This document shows positions 1-13,290 of a DNA stretch of 64,000 nucleotides, piece after piece. Numbering within the stretch: the stretch's first letter is position 1; every line of letters starts with the position of its first letter. Both the position numbers and the translations under genes were made by a program. Source of the stretch: Flaccisagitta enflata. Taxonomy: Eukaryota. The notes beneath the pieces were generated by a model. That model saw only the letters and a program-made list of their open reading frames with translations. It ran no database searches and was not told where the DNA came from. The stretch spans positions 43,896,001 to 43,960,000 of the forward strand of contig OZ231126.1 of the NCBI GenBank assembly GCA_965153355.1, written 5' to 3'.

Positions 1-1266
1 AGCCAGATCGGGCTGAAAATTTCATATAATTCTGAAATAAAAGCCAATCGGACTATTTTTACATGTTTTACAGTTTCTTTTCAAACAAAACAATTATTTA
101 AACTAATATTTGGGCAAAGGTTAAAAGAGGTATAAAACCTGTAAAAATGGTATGATTGAACTGATTTTTTCTTGTAAATTATGTAAAATTTTTTGCCCAA
201 TCTGATAAACTAGGTAAGAACATTGAAAAATGAAGTCCTGATGAGGTCAAGTCGCAAGTTGAAGAATGAGAGACACAAATATATTCAAGCAATAGAGCGA
301 CCTTTAACTAGCACATTTCTCAAATTTTTTTGTAAATCAAATTAAATCAAAATATTGAAAATCTACACTATGCTATCTAGGCCTAGTTTGTCTTTGCTCC
401 CATCGAACTGTTTGCCACTCTACACCCCGCTTTGTCAGTCCGTCGGTCCGTCCATCCGTCACACTTTATTTTTTTTTTCGTTTTTTTTTGTTTTTTGTTT
501 TTTGTTTTTTTTTTTTTGTTTTTTTTTGCGGTCTTTAGCCTCACTGCTCCTACCCAAATGATGAAGTGACCTCAAACATGGCTCCTGCCCACCCGCAAGC
601 GACTCGGGTAACCGTGTATCCGGCCTTGTTTTTACTGAAATCCACTCCATTCTTCTTTCAACGCCGGCTTTTGCATTCCTTTTTAGCTTTTACCGTTTTT
701 GTTCATTTTCTGCTCTTTTTATAAATTGTCTCTTCATTATATGATTAATTTACTTGGCCAACACCAAAGAGAACAAGCCCAACAGGCCAACAGTGGCATA
801 TATACATAACCCTTCCTTCCTTCCTTCCTTCCTTTCTTCCTTCTTTCCTCCCTCCCTCCCACCCGCCCTTCCTCCTTTCCTTTCTCCCTCCATTCTTTCC
901 TTTCTTCCTCCCTTTCTGCCATTCGTTCCTCCCATCCTTCCTTACTCCCTGGCTTCCTCCCTCCCTTCCTTTTTTCCTGTCTTCCTTTCTTCCTCCCTAC
1001 CGACCAATCAACTCGACTAAAAATGACCAATTCAACCTTGGAAACAATTCTCAATTCTGTTCACAAACAAATTGCCGTCTACAAAGCTCTTCACTAGCCC
1101 TGACACACGTGTATGTCTTTACTTCATTTCATAATGTGCACAATCCTGTGATTTAATCTGAAAACAAATTGCATTTTCTGACGAATCAATTGTTTAACAG
1201 ATGCTGAATTTCTGTTAACGACTCCTTTTCATCTAAAACTGGATATTCCGTAGCCTCGAGTTATGA

Positions 1267-1515
1267 AACAAGGCCGGATACACGGCTACCCCAGTCGCGT
1301 GCGGGTGGGCAGGGGCGGAAATGCGTGTTTTCACACTTTTCGATTCTTGTTCAGGGACGGACCAACGGACGGACGGACGGACGGACGGACGGACGGACGG
1401 ACGGACGGACGGACGGACGGACGGACGGACGGACGGACGGACGGACGGACGGACGGACGGACGGACGGACGGACGGACAAAGGCTCTTATAGAGTTGCGT
1501 GTCCGCAACTAAAAA
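1267..1515 (-). mobile_element. Short HINE/DINE-1-like element, representative full copy. Related copies near 417-630, 22227-22412, 27780-27900, 30372-30539, 42168-42366, 45120-45285, 51209-51346, 56517-56703, 63402-63590
   Basis: In element orientation: T-run, palindromic subterminal repeat AGTYGCG..CGCRACT, (GTCC)n, inverted subterminal copy CGCACGCGACT, small stem-loop GCCGTGTATCCGGC, CTTGTT end. Matches the non-autonomous Helentron layout. Confidence 0.75.
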
Positions 1516-3351
1516 CGAGCATTGAGCAGGTGTTCCAAAAACGTCAACGATGGAACCTGCAAAAAAAAAGCAATTTCCCATTTCCGCAAAGAAAAAGAAA
1601 AACAAAACAAAAAAACAATAAATAAAAACGTCAATAAAATATACTTTCTCTGTGTCCAAAATCGGAAAAGCGGGAAAATCCGAGTCTTTGCCATTCTCGA
1701 CTTCAATTGGCAGTTCGTGGTTTTCGACCATCGCCAAGTCTTCATCCCCACCGCTTGTGGCTTTTTCTTTCCTCACTTTATCTCCTTCTGTGTCTAGTGT
1801 TTATAGTAGTAAGAGGATGCCTGAAACTCTTATGTCACGTGATAGGAAAATTTTGACAAAATGGGCTTAATTAAGCAGTTGTAAAAGCATATGTTCAATG
1901 AAATATCAACCGGGTTCATCTTTAATATATATTAGGCCATGATTATTAAACAGAAACAGGGTCTAAAAAATCGTTTGTTGCAACGAACTCCTTCTTGAAG
2001 CGGTTTAGCTGCGCAATAATTTTTATGCTTGTATGCCCTGAAAACATTCGATTGGTACAAGGGGAGCGCAGCAGAGAAAATATTTTTTGAAGACAGCTTC
2101 AGACAGTATTTGGTGTCTTCTTTCACATATGTTTGAAACTCGCAGATGCACATATATTGAGTTCCCCTTCTGCATATTCAAAGTTGAGAGGATTTTTTGC
2201 AATTCCTATGGATTGCGTTTCTTGATTTTCATCGCTTTTTTCAACGTTGCCTGATCTATGAGGTGTGTTCTGGTATGCCTCGGCATGTTTATACAAAAAT
2301 ATTGCTAAAAAACAAGTAGTCAGCATTAATGCTATGTATATCTAACTCATTTTTTGCGTGAGGAAAAGACGGTTTTCTACGATAGATTTCAATAACTTGA
2401 CAAGTTACGTTTCCGTTTACTATTTATAGCTATGTCTTTGTTTGTTTGTCTCTTACTTTATCTCTTTGTCTCTGGCTCTCGCCAACCGTCTATTTGTATT
2501 TGCGGGGGCGTAGGGGAGTAAGATTTTTTACTTCTACCGCCGCTCAATCTGTGTCCGACAAATTTAGTGTCCCAACAGAAACTAGCTAATGTTTTTTATC
2601 TTAAAACTGTAAAAAAATAATGATTACTGTCATTGTTTCACAATAAATAACTTAGTTTTGCTTTCTCTCTCCCCCTTTTTTTTTCTCTCTTTTTTCCTTC
2701 CTTTTTCCTTAATCTAGTAATGTAAATCGATTTAACAATTCTATTCATAACTTACAAATTATACCATAATCGGCAAGAGAATAGTTTTAGCTTTCTTTTG
2801 ATATATCATATAATAAGATTTAAGTAATAGATGCGTTACAATAAACTACTTTTGATGAGGATATCTCTTGATCTCTCTGTCACGTTTTTGGCCAACCACC
2901 ATCACTTTTCCCCCTGAAAATATAAGTTGTCTGAGATCTTCTCTTATTTTCTATACAAATAACATGCAGTTTCTTTTGCTCATCGCGTCAAGGCGCGTGG
3001 TCGTAGAGATAAAATGAAAACAGAATTAAAGTCGTCATGTTTTGGAGATTTTAAGTGTAGCTCGCCTTAACTCAACGCGGCCTGGTAAGACCACAACAAC
3101 CTTTTATTTAAAGCTTCAACAACTACGGAATTTATTGGACAATTTTTTTCAAAAAAGAAAATATCTTGTGATGATAATAGGTATAAATAACAAAAATTCC
3201 TTGGTCTAGAACATTTTCATGCCTTTGTCATGGCCTGGGCGTTCAAGGAGTCTAGGAACTTATTTCCGACACAGTATTTTTCTTGAGAGCTCCATGAATC
3301 TTAATTAATGTTACGTTTCTACTTAATCTTTTCATTTTTTTTCTTTTGCTT

Positions 3352-4095
3352 CTTTTTGGGCAGCGGCTTCGAAGGTAGAACACGGGGGAAATCTGTCCGT
3401 CCGTCCTTTCGTCTGTCCATCTGTCCGTCCATCCGTCTGTCCGTCTGTCCGTCTGTCCGTCTGTCCGTCCGTCCGTCCGTCCATCCGTCCGTCCGTCCAT
3501 CCGTCCGTCTGTCCTTCCATCCTTCCGTCCGTCTGTCTGTCCGTCCGTCCGTCCGTCCATCCGTCCGTCCATCCGTTTGTCCATCCATCTGTCCGTCCGT
3601 CCATCCATCCGTCCGTCCATCCGTCCATCCGTCTGTCCCCCCCTCCACCTCATATTCAGGGCTTCGTCTCTTTTGGGGCCTATTCTGACCCAAATTCTGC
3701 CAAATAGCCCAAATCTAAGCATAATGGCCCAAATTCAAGCATAATGGCCCTAATCTAGACAGAAAACCCCGGCCTGAGGTCCATTATTTTGGCCCCTTAG
3801 ACCTATATCGTGGCCTCCGATACCTAGATTCTGACCATATTGAGGCCATTTTGCTTAAATTTGGGCCATTGTGCATGGATTTGGGCCATTTTGCTAAGAT
3901 TTGGGCCATATTGCTTGGATTTGGGCTATTTGGCAGAACAGACGGATAGACAGTAGGACAGATGGATGGACAGATGGACAGATTCTCCCTGTTCTACAGG
4001 GCTTTGTCCCCTTCAGGGCCACTGCCTTACTCCCCCTCAACTTAAATCATACACTACTCAAGCAGGGCATGGGTACCGCTGACTATTTGGCTGCT
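3352..4095 (+). mobile_element. Third interspersed repeat family with (GTCC)n and GCAGGGCAYGGGTACCGCTGAC end. Related pieces near 28640-28760, 43040-43490, 51680-51750
   Basis: Shared terminal motifs among dispersed copies. Probably HINE-like; boundaries approximate. Confidence 0.55.
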
Positions 4096-4212
4096 ATTTC
4101 TCTTCTTTTTCTACAGCTTTGGTGTCCCAACAAAAGGTACTATAATGGCAGTAGTGGCAGTACCTTCCCCTACGCCCCTGACTGTATTTGTCAGTATGTT
4201 TGACTTTCTCTC

Positions 4213-4316
<104 letters not shown>

Positions 4317-4958
4317 GATTGTTTTGTCCTTGATCCATGCAAGGATTCTCCTCCCATATTCAATCCCAATTTTTTTCTCACTAGGCCTTTAGTTTTTATG
4401 TGCGACAACTCACATCAATAGGAGGCTTTGTCCGTCGGTCTGTTGGTTGGTCTGTAACGCATTCCTTCGACGATCCACACGTCACATATATTGGCCTACT
4501 TGGCCTAGTTTTTTCCCCCATTTTCTAATTCTATTTTTTCCTCGATTTTGTTTTTTAAGGTTTTGTCTCCTTTCAAAAATTCCTTTTTTTTTTGTCATTT
4601 ACCATTTTTTTACCTCATTTTCCCTCTTCTTAAAAATTCATCATTCCCTCTTGTTCACATCATTTTCACGCTTTTTTTCTTCGTCTTGTTCTTTCTCCTT
4701 AACCTCCGGTCTGCGATTCGAATTGTCATCATTCATACGTCGAAAACTCGACAAAACCATTTTTTTGTCGGGATAAGTCATAATCCAACGGCTCAGACCA
4801 GGAGACCTTCGAGTTTAAGAAACGATCATTTAGTTCTGACTTATCCGTATTTCCCAGAAAAAAAAACAACTCAGATTTGGTTCCAGGCTCCAGAGAGGGT
4901 TTGTCTATAACGGGTCATGTCTGTCAATAGGTCGGTATTTTGAGTAATTATGTTGCTA

Positions 4959-5373
4959 CTACTCGACTCAAAAAAAAAAAAAGCCGCACCCTATTTTGAG
5001 TGGAAGGATATGAAAAACAAATGATTTGAACATTTTTTTGTTGAAGTGATTTGAAAGATTTTCAAATTTTCTTTCATTCTAGACCAATCCCAAATCTGTA
5101 TCTCAAACGGTTTAGGAGCTAGAGCTTGTCAAAGTTATTTTCTAATTTGTAAAAATGCATATTTTTCAATGGGATTGCAAACTGAAAATGGCAATGTATT
5201 TACTCATTCTCATGCCATTTTTTAACCGAACAAAGCTAGAATTTCCAGATTGGAGCCAAATGAAAGATCTTTTCAAGAGCTTTCTAATGGTCTAAGATTT
5301 CAATTAGTTATTTTGAAATTCAATATGACAATCTATCATTTAAAAGTGCGGCTTTTTTTTATGAGTCGAGTAG
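4959..5373. mobile_element. MITE with TIR CTACTCGACTCA(A)nGCCGCAC, TA TSD
   Basis: Inverted termini of about 30 bp, flanked by TA on both sides. Confidence 0.85.
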
Positions 5374-5865
5374 TATAAGATACACACAGCAAGACTTGGA
5401 AAGCAAATTTGCTCTTGGTCAACACTGAAAAGAAATTTACCCTTCTCAAAGTGGTACCAAGTGGCCTGGCTCAAATCTTATAGGGCATCAGCCCTGAGGA
5501 GTCTTTTGGCTTGGAAAATGTTCAAATTGCGCAATTCAAGGTTGAAATATTTTTTGGGTTCATGCATCAAAAAAAAACCGAGAAAGAGAAAATGTTATTA
5601 GAGAAATTGGGCTCTTTTTTTTGGCATTACTTGACGGCATTAAATCTAAGATGCATGGTACGCGAAGCACCCAAACCGGGCGAAAAAGCCGTCTTGGTCA
5701 TAAAACCGTTTGGAAATTTGAAATCCAAGCATCCAGTCTTCCCGTGTACATCACAGTCTGGCCGTTCTGTCCATTTTTGCCTTGCCATCATCCCACATCA
5801 TCCTGCATGCTGCAATGAGGGCAGATTTCAAATCGCTGCGGGTTTGGTTTCCTTCAAATTTGTTA

Positions 5866-6467
5866 CAGTGGGGTTCGTGGAATAACAGCCTAAACTGGAG
5901 GAAGGTATTTAAGTGTTTTAATTTCATTTGACAAACTTGATATTTGAAATATAAGTTGTTCACTTGATGCTTTTGTCCCTGAGTTTTTCGGTTGCTATGG
6001 AAACCAAAATTATTTTTTTTAAAAGTTATAACAAGTAGAATATTGGTATTTTGACAAATATTATCAGGGAACATTGCTCAAAATTAAATTTGCTACAACT
6101 TTCCCACAGTGTGTCCTGTAAGAATATCGCTCGTTTAGCCGTTGCTAGGGAGCATCATTTAGCAGTTGCTAGGTGTGATGCCCCTTAGCAACGGCCAAAC
6201 GAGCAATATTCTTACAGAACATACTGTGGGAAAGTTGTAGCAAATTTAATTTTGAGCAATGTTCCCTGATAATATTTCTCAAAATATTGATATTTTAGGG
6301 GTTATAAATGTTTGCAAAAATAATTTTGGTTTCCATAGCAACCAAAGAACTCAGGGACAATAGCATTGAGTGAACAACTTATAATTCAAATATAAACTTT
6401 GTCAAATGAAATTAAGACACTTAAATACCTTCCTCCAGTTTAGGCTGTTATTCCACGAACCCCACTG
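5866..6467. mobile_element. 602-bp fully palindromic MITE (CAGTGGGGTTCGTGG termini, TA TSD; Tc1/mariner-type)
   Basis: Arms pair along almost the whole length; second copy at 44048-44648. Confidence 0.93.
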
Positions 6468-6558
6468 TACGGAAAACGATTCTCGTTATCATCATACATT
6501 TTATAGATTTCTGACGACATATTCAAACAAAATTGCACGATTAACATTATTTGCACTC

Positions 6559-6607
<49 letters not shown>

Positions 6608-7209
6608 TGGATCCAATTGAGATCCTCTCTACTATGCGATTTTTTCAAAACATGTCATGATGTCAAACTTATATAGTGTATGCTGTCTATGCTGTAATTC
6701 ATTCTCGATCTTTTTTTCATTATTACAGAGACAACGAAATCGGGAACACCCAAAATCCAAAAAGACAACACCAGACTTCATGCGCGTTGTGGTAACTTTT
6801 ATTCCCACTTAATTGGCTCCAGTTTGTTTTTCATCGAAACAGTTGTTCATTGAACAATGTTCAATACTAAACGACAATCAAACGGCGGCCTGATGGACAT
6901 ATAGAAACAAAGGACAAGATCCAAAGACGTGGATAATTCCAAGCAAAAAATAGACTGTGAATGAAAGCAATGATTTTCATGACTGATGTCAAACTAAAAA
7001 TACAGAATGTGAAACATCATAAGACGAACAAATCCGTTATCATACTCATCTCTCAAACGCCATGAATTAGCCATTCATTCTCTCTGTTTCAATTCCATAC
7101 CTAAACATAAAAAAACAACCAACGCGAAAAAAAGGAAAAAAGAAAAAAATAACATGTAACTGGAAGAAGCTGGAAGAGACAGAAGACATAAGCGGCTTAA
7201 AAACGAACC

Positions 7210-7243
7210 ATGGCGCGCTTATTTTCTATCCTCATCATCATTG
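7210..7243 (+). CDS. Exon 1: start codon and signal peptide (MARLFSILIII)
   Basis: accATGG Kozak context, hydrophobic run, donor G|GTAAAT in phase 1. Joins exon 2 to give [22 protein letters not shown]. Confidence 0.7.
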
Positions 7244-7424
7244 GTAAATTTCCTTATTGTGTCTGACATGCGAAGAAAGGAGTAGTAGAAACCAATGGAA
7301 CTCATGCGAAAATGTTCACCACAATGTCTGCATTTATGCAGGCATTGTTGCAATTTTGCTTGCATTTACATTTATGCCTCCATTTATTCTTTAGATTTTC
7401 ATTAGGTTTAAATATCCATATCTA

Positions 7425-8015
7425 CCATCTTGGCCATAAATATAAGCACAGTAGGTGTTTAAGTTGATTTATTGACTAGAAGTGAGCAGCAAACATATCA
7501 GACTGCAATTGCTATTTAGTATGACCATGTTGGACATCCACCACTGCCTGCATTCACTTTGGCATTGACTCGAAGAGAGACTGGAGGTACTCTGGAGTTA
7601 TGTTGTTTCAAACCGTTTATGCGATTCATTTCAGCCCTGCTTTGCATATTGTTTTCCCCTGTTTTTGCAGGTTTTTTATTTGATTCTTTGAGATATCAAT
7701 TAGATTAAGATCTAAATTGATGTGGGCTAACCCTGGACGAGCTTAACTCGTCAATCTTACAGTATATTTAGCGCAGTGTCACAGTGCACCATAATCCATA
7801 AACTAAGAAAAATTTGCCCAACCTCACTTGCAAAAGGCAAATGTTTTATTCATTTGGCTCTCATTTCTAAACGAATGAAGATACAGAAACCAGCTTGGTC
7901 TCATTTGATAGATTTTTTGAAGATGCAAATTTTGAAAAAAAAATCATCCCACTGCGATTAAAATTGAGCGAGTTATGACACTTTAAAGCTGTGCTTATAT
8001 TTATGGCCAAGATGG
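7425..8015. mobile_element. MITE with 27-bp TIR CCATCTTGGCCATAAATATAAGCACAG, TA TSD
   Basis: Perfect inverted termini flanked by TA. Confidence 0.88.
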
Positions 8016-8384
8016 TATTCCCTAATACGTACTTCCTCGGCTCATATCGTTTTTTCTATTTGTTGGTCGCGACTCTATAAGAGGCTTTGTCCGTCCGTCA
8101 GCCCGTCCGGAACGATATTTTTGCCCCACGTTACTTGTTTTTAGGTGGTCATCGGTTTCAACCCAGGAGAAAAATAAGCTGATTACAAGAAATATGAAAC
8201 TGTGCAAAATAATTTGCTTAACAAGCTTAGACACATCACTGACATCAGATAACTCTTGCAAAGTTTCTTTCTTCTTCCCATCAGCCGGCAGCTATCGCAC
8301 CTTCACTGCACCGGCTATGAAGCAGCCGCTTGGGCGCTTAGTCTCTCCTTTGATTACATTACACGCCCTTGTGCCTTGATAAGA

Positions 8385-8467
<83 letters not shown>

Positions 8468-9123
8468 CTTTTTTCCTTAACATAATCTTATCACAGGCTC
8501 ATCATACGATCAAGTTGCCTTTTTTTTCTCTGGCGTCCGGGATGAGAGAGAGAGAAGGATGAAAAAATTTCCCTCTTCTTTGCTTCTGAATTATCGGTTT
8601 GAGCCTTACTTAGACTCTCTTCAAGCTCCGATACATATTTTATCAGCTCACGTCCGCAACCCAGAAGATATCCGCACTTGTCCGTGTGTCAGTTGGTGGG
8701 TGATGGTGGCGGTGCGAATGGACATACGATAGAACAAGGCCGGATACACGGGCCAAGACGGCGCGCCGAGCGTTATTAATTCATAGCCATCCCTGGCTCC
8801 ATCAGACCTATCCCCAGCTCTATCAGACCATTCCTAGCTCTATCAGACCTATCCCGCCAGGCGTTATTAATCCATAGCTATCCCTAGCTCCATCAGACCT
8901 ATCCCTAGCTCTATCAGACCATTCCTAGCTCTTTAAGACCATTCCTAGCTCTATAAGACCTATTCCGAGCTCTATCAGGCCTCTCCCGAGCTATATCAGA
9001 CCTTTCCCGAGCTCTATCAGACCTATCCCGAGCTCTATCAGACCTATCATCAGCTCTTTCAGACCTAACCCCAGCTCTATCAGACCTATCCTAAGACCTA
9101 TCCGACCTATCACCAGACCTAAC

Positions 9124-9825
9124 TGTTCGTAATTGCGCCGTATTTTGTTTATCCTCTTATCCATCTACAGGAAATCTCGCTAAATTCGTTATTTTTGGGG
9201 TCGCTCCAAAGACTCGTCTTCCTCATCATCCTCCTCCTCTCTCCTCGATTCCTCGTCCTCCTCATCCTCCCTCCTCGTCATCCTCGACTTCTCTCTTCCC
9301 AATGGACTTCTTCTTCCCAAAAGAAAACATTATCAGAATTCTTCGCCATCATTCAAGATCTAATGACTCATTTTAAGATCATTTAGAGATCATTTAAAGA
9401 TCATTTAAAGATTAAAAGACTCATCGCTTCGCCTTTTCATTGCCTCATTGTATTTCTTCTTGTTATAAGATTTCTCTTTTCTCCCCAGTGCAAGCGAGCA
9501 AGCTTCCATTTTTGTATCGTTTCTATAAGACTTTAATATGGTTATTTCGCGCGTTTGCTGTCATCCCCCCCTTCTGGAAATCATTCATCCTCGACTCCTC
9601 AGGTAGTGAGCCTGCTCAATGATGTGGACTGGCCCACTCTTTTCCTATCGGCTCAAACTAATCCTCCCCCCCTTTCTCTTCTCTTTTGTCATTGTAGAAC
9701 TTACAGATCCCTTCATTCTCCAATTCGCGTATTCGTTCTAGCGGGATTCTTAAGACGGAGTTACTCAGCGATCATCAGGGCATCTAGCTAGCTAATGAAC
9801 TGTTCATACGTCACAAACTCGCACA
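9124..9825 (+). repeat. 5' LTR of element A
   Basis: TGTTCGTAATTGCG...AACTCGCACA; two substitutions seen by eye versus the 3' LTR. Confidence 0.97.
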
Positions 9826-10103
9826 ATCTGTAAGTTCTGACAGTTCACTGGCTCCTTCGGTGAAAGCAAGCGAACAACATCCGCCTCCCCCTCCTCCTCA
9901 TCCTTCCGATCACGAAAGAGCTCAAGAACGTTCTCCTCATCATCTTCCTCTTCACTTCCCCTTCCTCCTCATCCTACCAATTACGCTGAAAGCTCAAGAA
10001 CGTTCTCCTCCTCCTCATCTTCCATTACGTCATCCCTCCTCCTCATTCTTCTAACACGGTGAAAGATAAAGAAACCCTATCCTCTTCCTCATCATCCATC
10101 ACG

Positions 10104-12480
10104 ATGGCAGCAAAGTCCCGCGCAGAAAGAGCCAAAATCCTGGAAGATACTTTAAGAAAAATGCCCGACTTCAACGCCTTGATCGTGGCGGCTGACGCCG
10201 GAGCTATCGGCGGAAGCGGCGCCTCGGTAAACACCGCGATGACATCGGACTTTCAAACGGAAAATGACGAGAGGTCTAGAGAAGCGAAGGCAACGGCACA
10301 AACACTAGGATTGCTCGCGCGTTTCTTCGCTTTACGACATGACGATGTACTAAAAGAATTCGCCGGCGTCGACGATCATGACGCACATCAGGCCTTCCTC
10401 GACATCGACGACATGCGCGTCGCGCTCGTGGGAAAGATGTGGCTGTTTCACGAAATGGTCACGAAAAAACTATTTCCCGCCAATACAAAAGAAGACGTTC
10501 ACGGACGAAAATCGGCTGGAAACCATATCAATGTCATCCTAAAAAACTTTTTCCATACGCGCCGCGCATGCCTTTCACAAGAAACATACGACGACCCTGA
10601 TTACGCCCCAGCCCCACCGACAAAAACTGACTTTGTGCAACAACCCGGCAGAAAGCCGGCGCCGTCGGCGACCCCCGGAAAATCGGGGGAAGTCGCGACG
10701 CCATCGGCTACAGATGTGAAAGTAGACAGAAAAACAATTGCTTCTAAAAATGCGAAAAAGGACGAAGAAGAGCAAGATACTGCGACCGAGAAGCCAGACG
10801 GCGCCGACAACGCCGCCGCAAAAGAATCCGGCGCCCTCGAGGAAGACGGCGCCGAAACCGAGGACGATGCCGAGGCAATTGCGACGGAAGAAGAAAATGA
10901 ACGTCTTGAACAGGTTTTGAGAGAAGAAAATGAAAAAAATATACGTCTCAGAGAAGAACTTAAAAATCTAGAAGCTATCCAAGAAATGCAGAAAAAAGAA
11001 CGGCAAAAGAAAAAGAAAAAGAGAAAAACAAGAAAATGTGAAAACAATTCAAGCAAAAAATCAAGAGATAATCGACAAAATTGACAAAATCCAGTACGAA
11101 ATTAATGATGAAGCCGACGAACCTGCGGATGAAAACGAGATCCAAATTTTTGACAACGGCGCTGTCTCGTCTACAAAAAATGATGCGGCGTCATCGCCCA
11201 ATACAGTCGCCGAATCGTGTGCAGACAACGCCGCCGCCCCTGCTGGAAATGGCAAGAAAAAACGCCGTTACCAAATTAAAGAACACCCAAATGCAGCAAA
11301 AGTACCGCCACCAAATTTCCCACCTCTAGGTAATAGCGGCGCCGCGGGAGGTCATGCATCCCCTGCAGCCGTCGCTGTACAGCAGATTGACGCCGCAGCT
11401 CCGAATCAACCCGACTTTTCAAGACTTATCCATACGCTAGAACTTGATGCTGTCAGACGTAACGTTGTAGGCGTACGTCCTTCAGAACCTTTTAAGCAGT
11501 ACGACGCAAAGAAACAGGGCGAATATAACACACTGATGAACATTTTCGACTCGGCATTCGGTAAAATTAACGGCATATCCGGCAATGAAAAAGTCACGGA
11601 ATTATCGGGACATTGGTTCGCCGGCGCCGCAAAAAAAGCTATCAACGCCGCAAAGCCAACAGTTAACGACCCCAATGGAGACGCCGCTTACAAAGAAATA
11701 AGGTGCCATTTGGACAGTATATTTGCCCACGATGTTGATTCCGCCGCCGACGCCCTTAATCGTTTAAAAGAAGGCGGCGCCATCGCAAGGGACAGCCTCA
11801 TTGCACATCAAGATCTGTACATGAACATGCTAGAAGCTCAGAGCTCCGCGTTGACGGTATCCTCGGCGGAGTTGTTTGACAGAAGGAGTAGCCTCCTAGA
11901 GATCATTTCTGCGCGAATACCATTTTATGCAGAGAAATTCTTTGAAGAATACGAACAAGGAGATGGCTTTCAAAAACTTCTCGATTTTGTCCTTACGCGC
12001 ATTAACCTCCTCAAAATCATTCAAATGTCGATAGAACCCGAAACGACTCAAACGGAAGCCGAAGGAATAAAGCATCAGCATCATCTCCACGCTACCGACC
12101 ATCAGACGCAGCATCATTTTGAACAAAATAAAAGCTGCATGTATTGCAAAAACCGTCACGATACATCAAAATGCGATAAACTTTACTGCCTTTCCATAGA
12201 AGACAGAGTAGCAGTAATTTCCACGCTCCATCTCTGTTACCACTGCCTCCGCCCTGGACACAACGCCAGATCCTGTCCAGAAAAGAGGGAAGTCACCTGC
12301 AGCATCTGCAGCAGGAAAGGGCATGTGACGCTCCTTCATGGCAGGCATCTTCTCCACTCTCCCAACGACTCGCCGTATCGTCACCGACGCAACGATTCTG
12401 ACGACGCCGGCGATGACACAAAGTCCGACCTCGAAGCGCTCGAGTCCAACGGAACTGAGGATGAAAATGAATTATGTTGA
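10104..12480 (+). pseudogene. gag: BEL/Pao-type Gag of element A, split by a +1 frame change in an A-rich tract near 11000-11040
   Basis: ORFs 10104-11084 and 11038-12480 overlap. C-terminal triple knuckle CMYCKNRHDTSKC, CYHCLRPGHNARSC, CSICSRKGHVTLLH is typical of BEL/Pao Gag. Confidence 0.85.
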
Positions 12481-12634
12481 GTCGTTGAGAACTTGGACCG
12501 TAATTCTTCGATCTCTCGTTGTACTCGATCTGCTCATCTCCGTCACGCCATTCAACTCCATTCACGCCATTCATCTCCGTCAATCCATTCATCAGTTCCT
12601 TGAATGAAAACAACAATTAAGATCGGCTTTTCTT

Positions 12635-12709
<75 letters not shown>

Positions 12710-12933
12710 GATTACGACTCGCCTCATAAAAAATTACCGCGTTCACTCGACAGAGGTCATCCTAAAAAAGAAAAAAGCTCTCTCGTTTACTGCGACAAAT
12801 TTCATCACTCCCCCCCCCCCCCGTTCACACAAAATTTCATCCTCGTCATCAAAATCCTTATTCCAACTCAACGCCAACGACAATAAAGCCCCGTTACCTT
12901 CAACTTATCCTCAGCCTCATCACATGAACTATT

Positions 12934-13290
12934 CCCGTCTGTCATCTTCCCGTCTGTTATCTTCCCGTCTGTCATCTTCCCGTCTGTCATCTTCCCGTCT
13001 GTCATCTTCCCGTCTGTCATCTTCCCGTCTGTCATCTTCCCGTCTGTCATCTTCCCGTCTGTCATCTTCCCGTCTGTCATCTTCCCGTCTGTCATCTTCC
13101 CGTCTGTCATCTTCCCGTCCCTCATCTTCCCGTCCATCATCTTCCCGTCTGTCAGCTTCCCCTCTGTCATTTTCTCGTCTATCATCTTCCCGTATGTCAT
13201 CTTCCCGTCTGTCATCTTCCCGTCTGTCATCTTCCCGTCTCTCATCTTCCCGTCTGTCATCTTCCCGTCTGTTCATCTTCCCGTCTGTCA
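12934..13290. repeat. 15-bp minisatellite (TCATCTTCCCGTCTG)n inside element A
   Basis: More than 20 tandem copies, homogeneous at the left end and diverging to the right. Confidence 0.95.

Noticed and set aside
9849-9860. TGGCTCCTTCGG as a tRNA PBS for element A
   Set aside because: It is 23 nt from the LTR end, only loosely resembles tRNA-Tyr or tRNA-Asp 3' complements, overlaps the U5-leader stem, and has no counterpart in element B.
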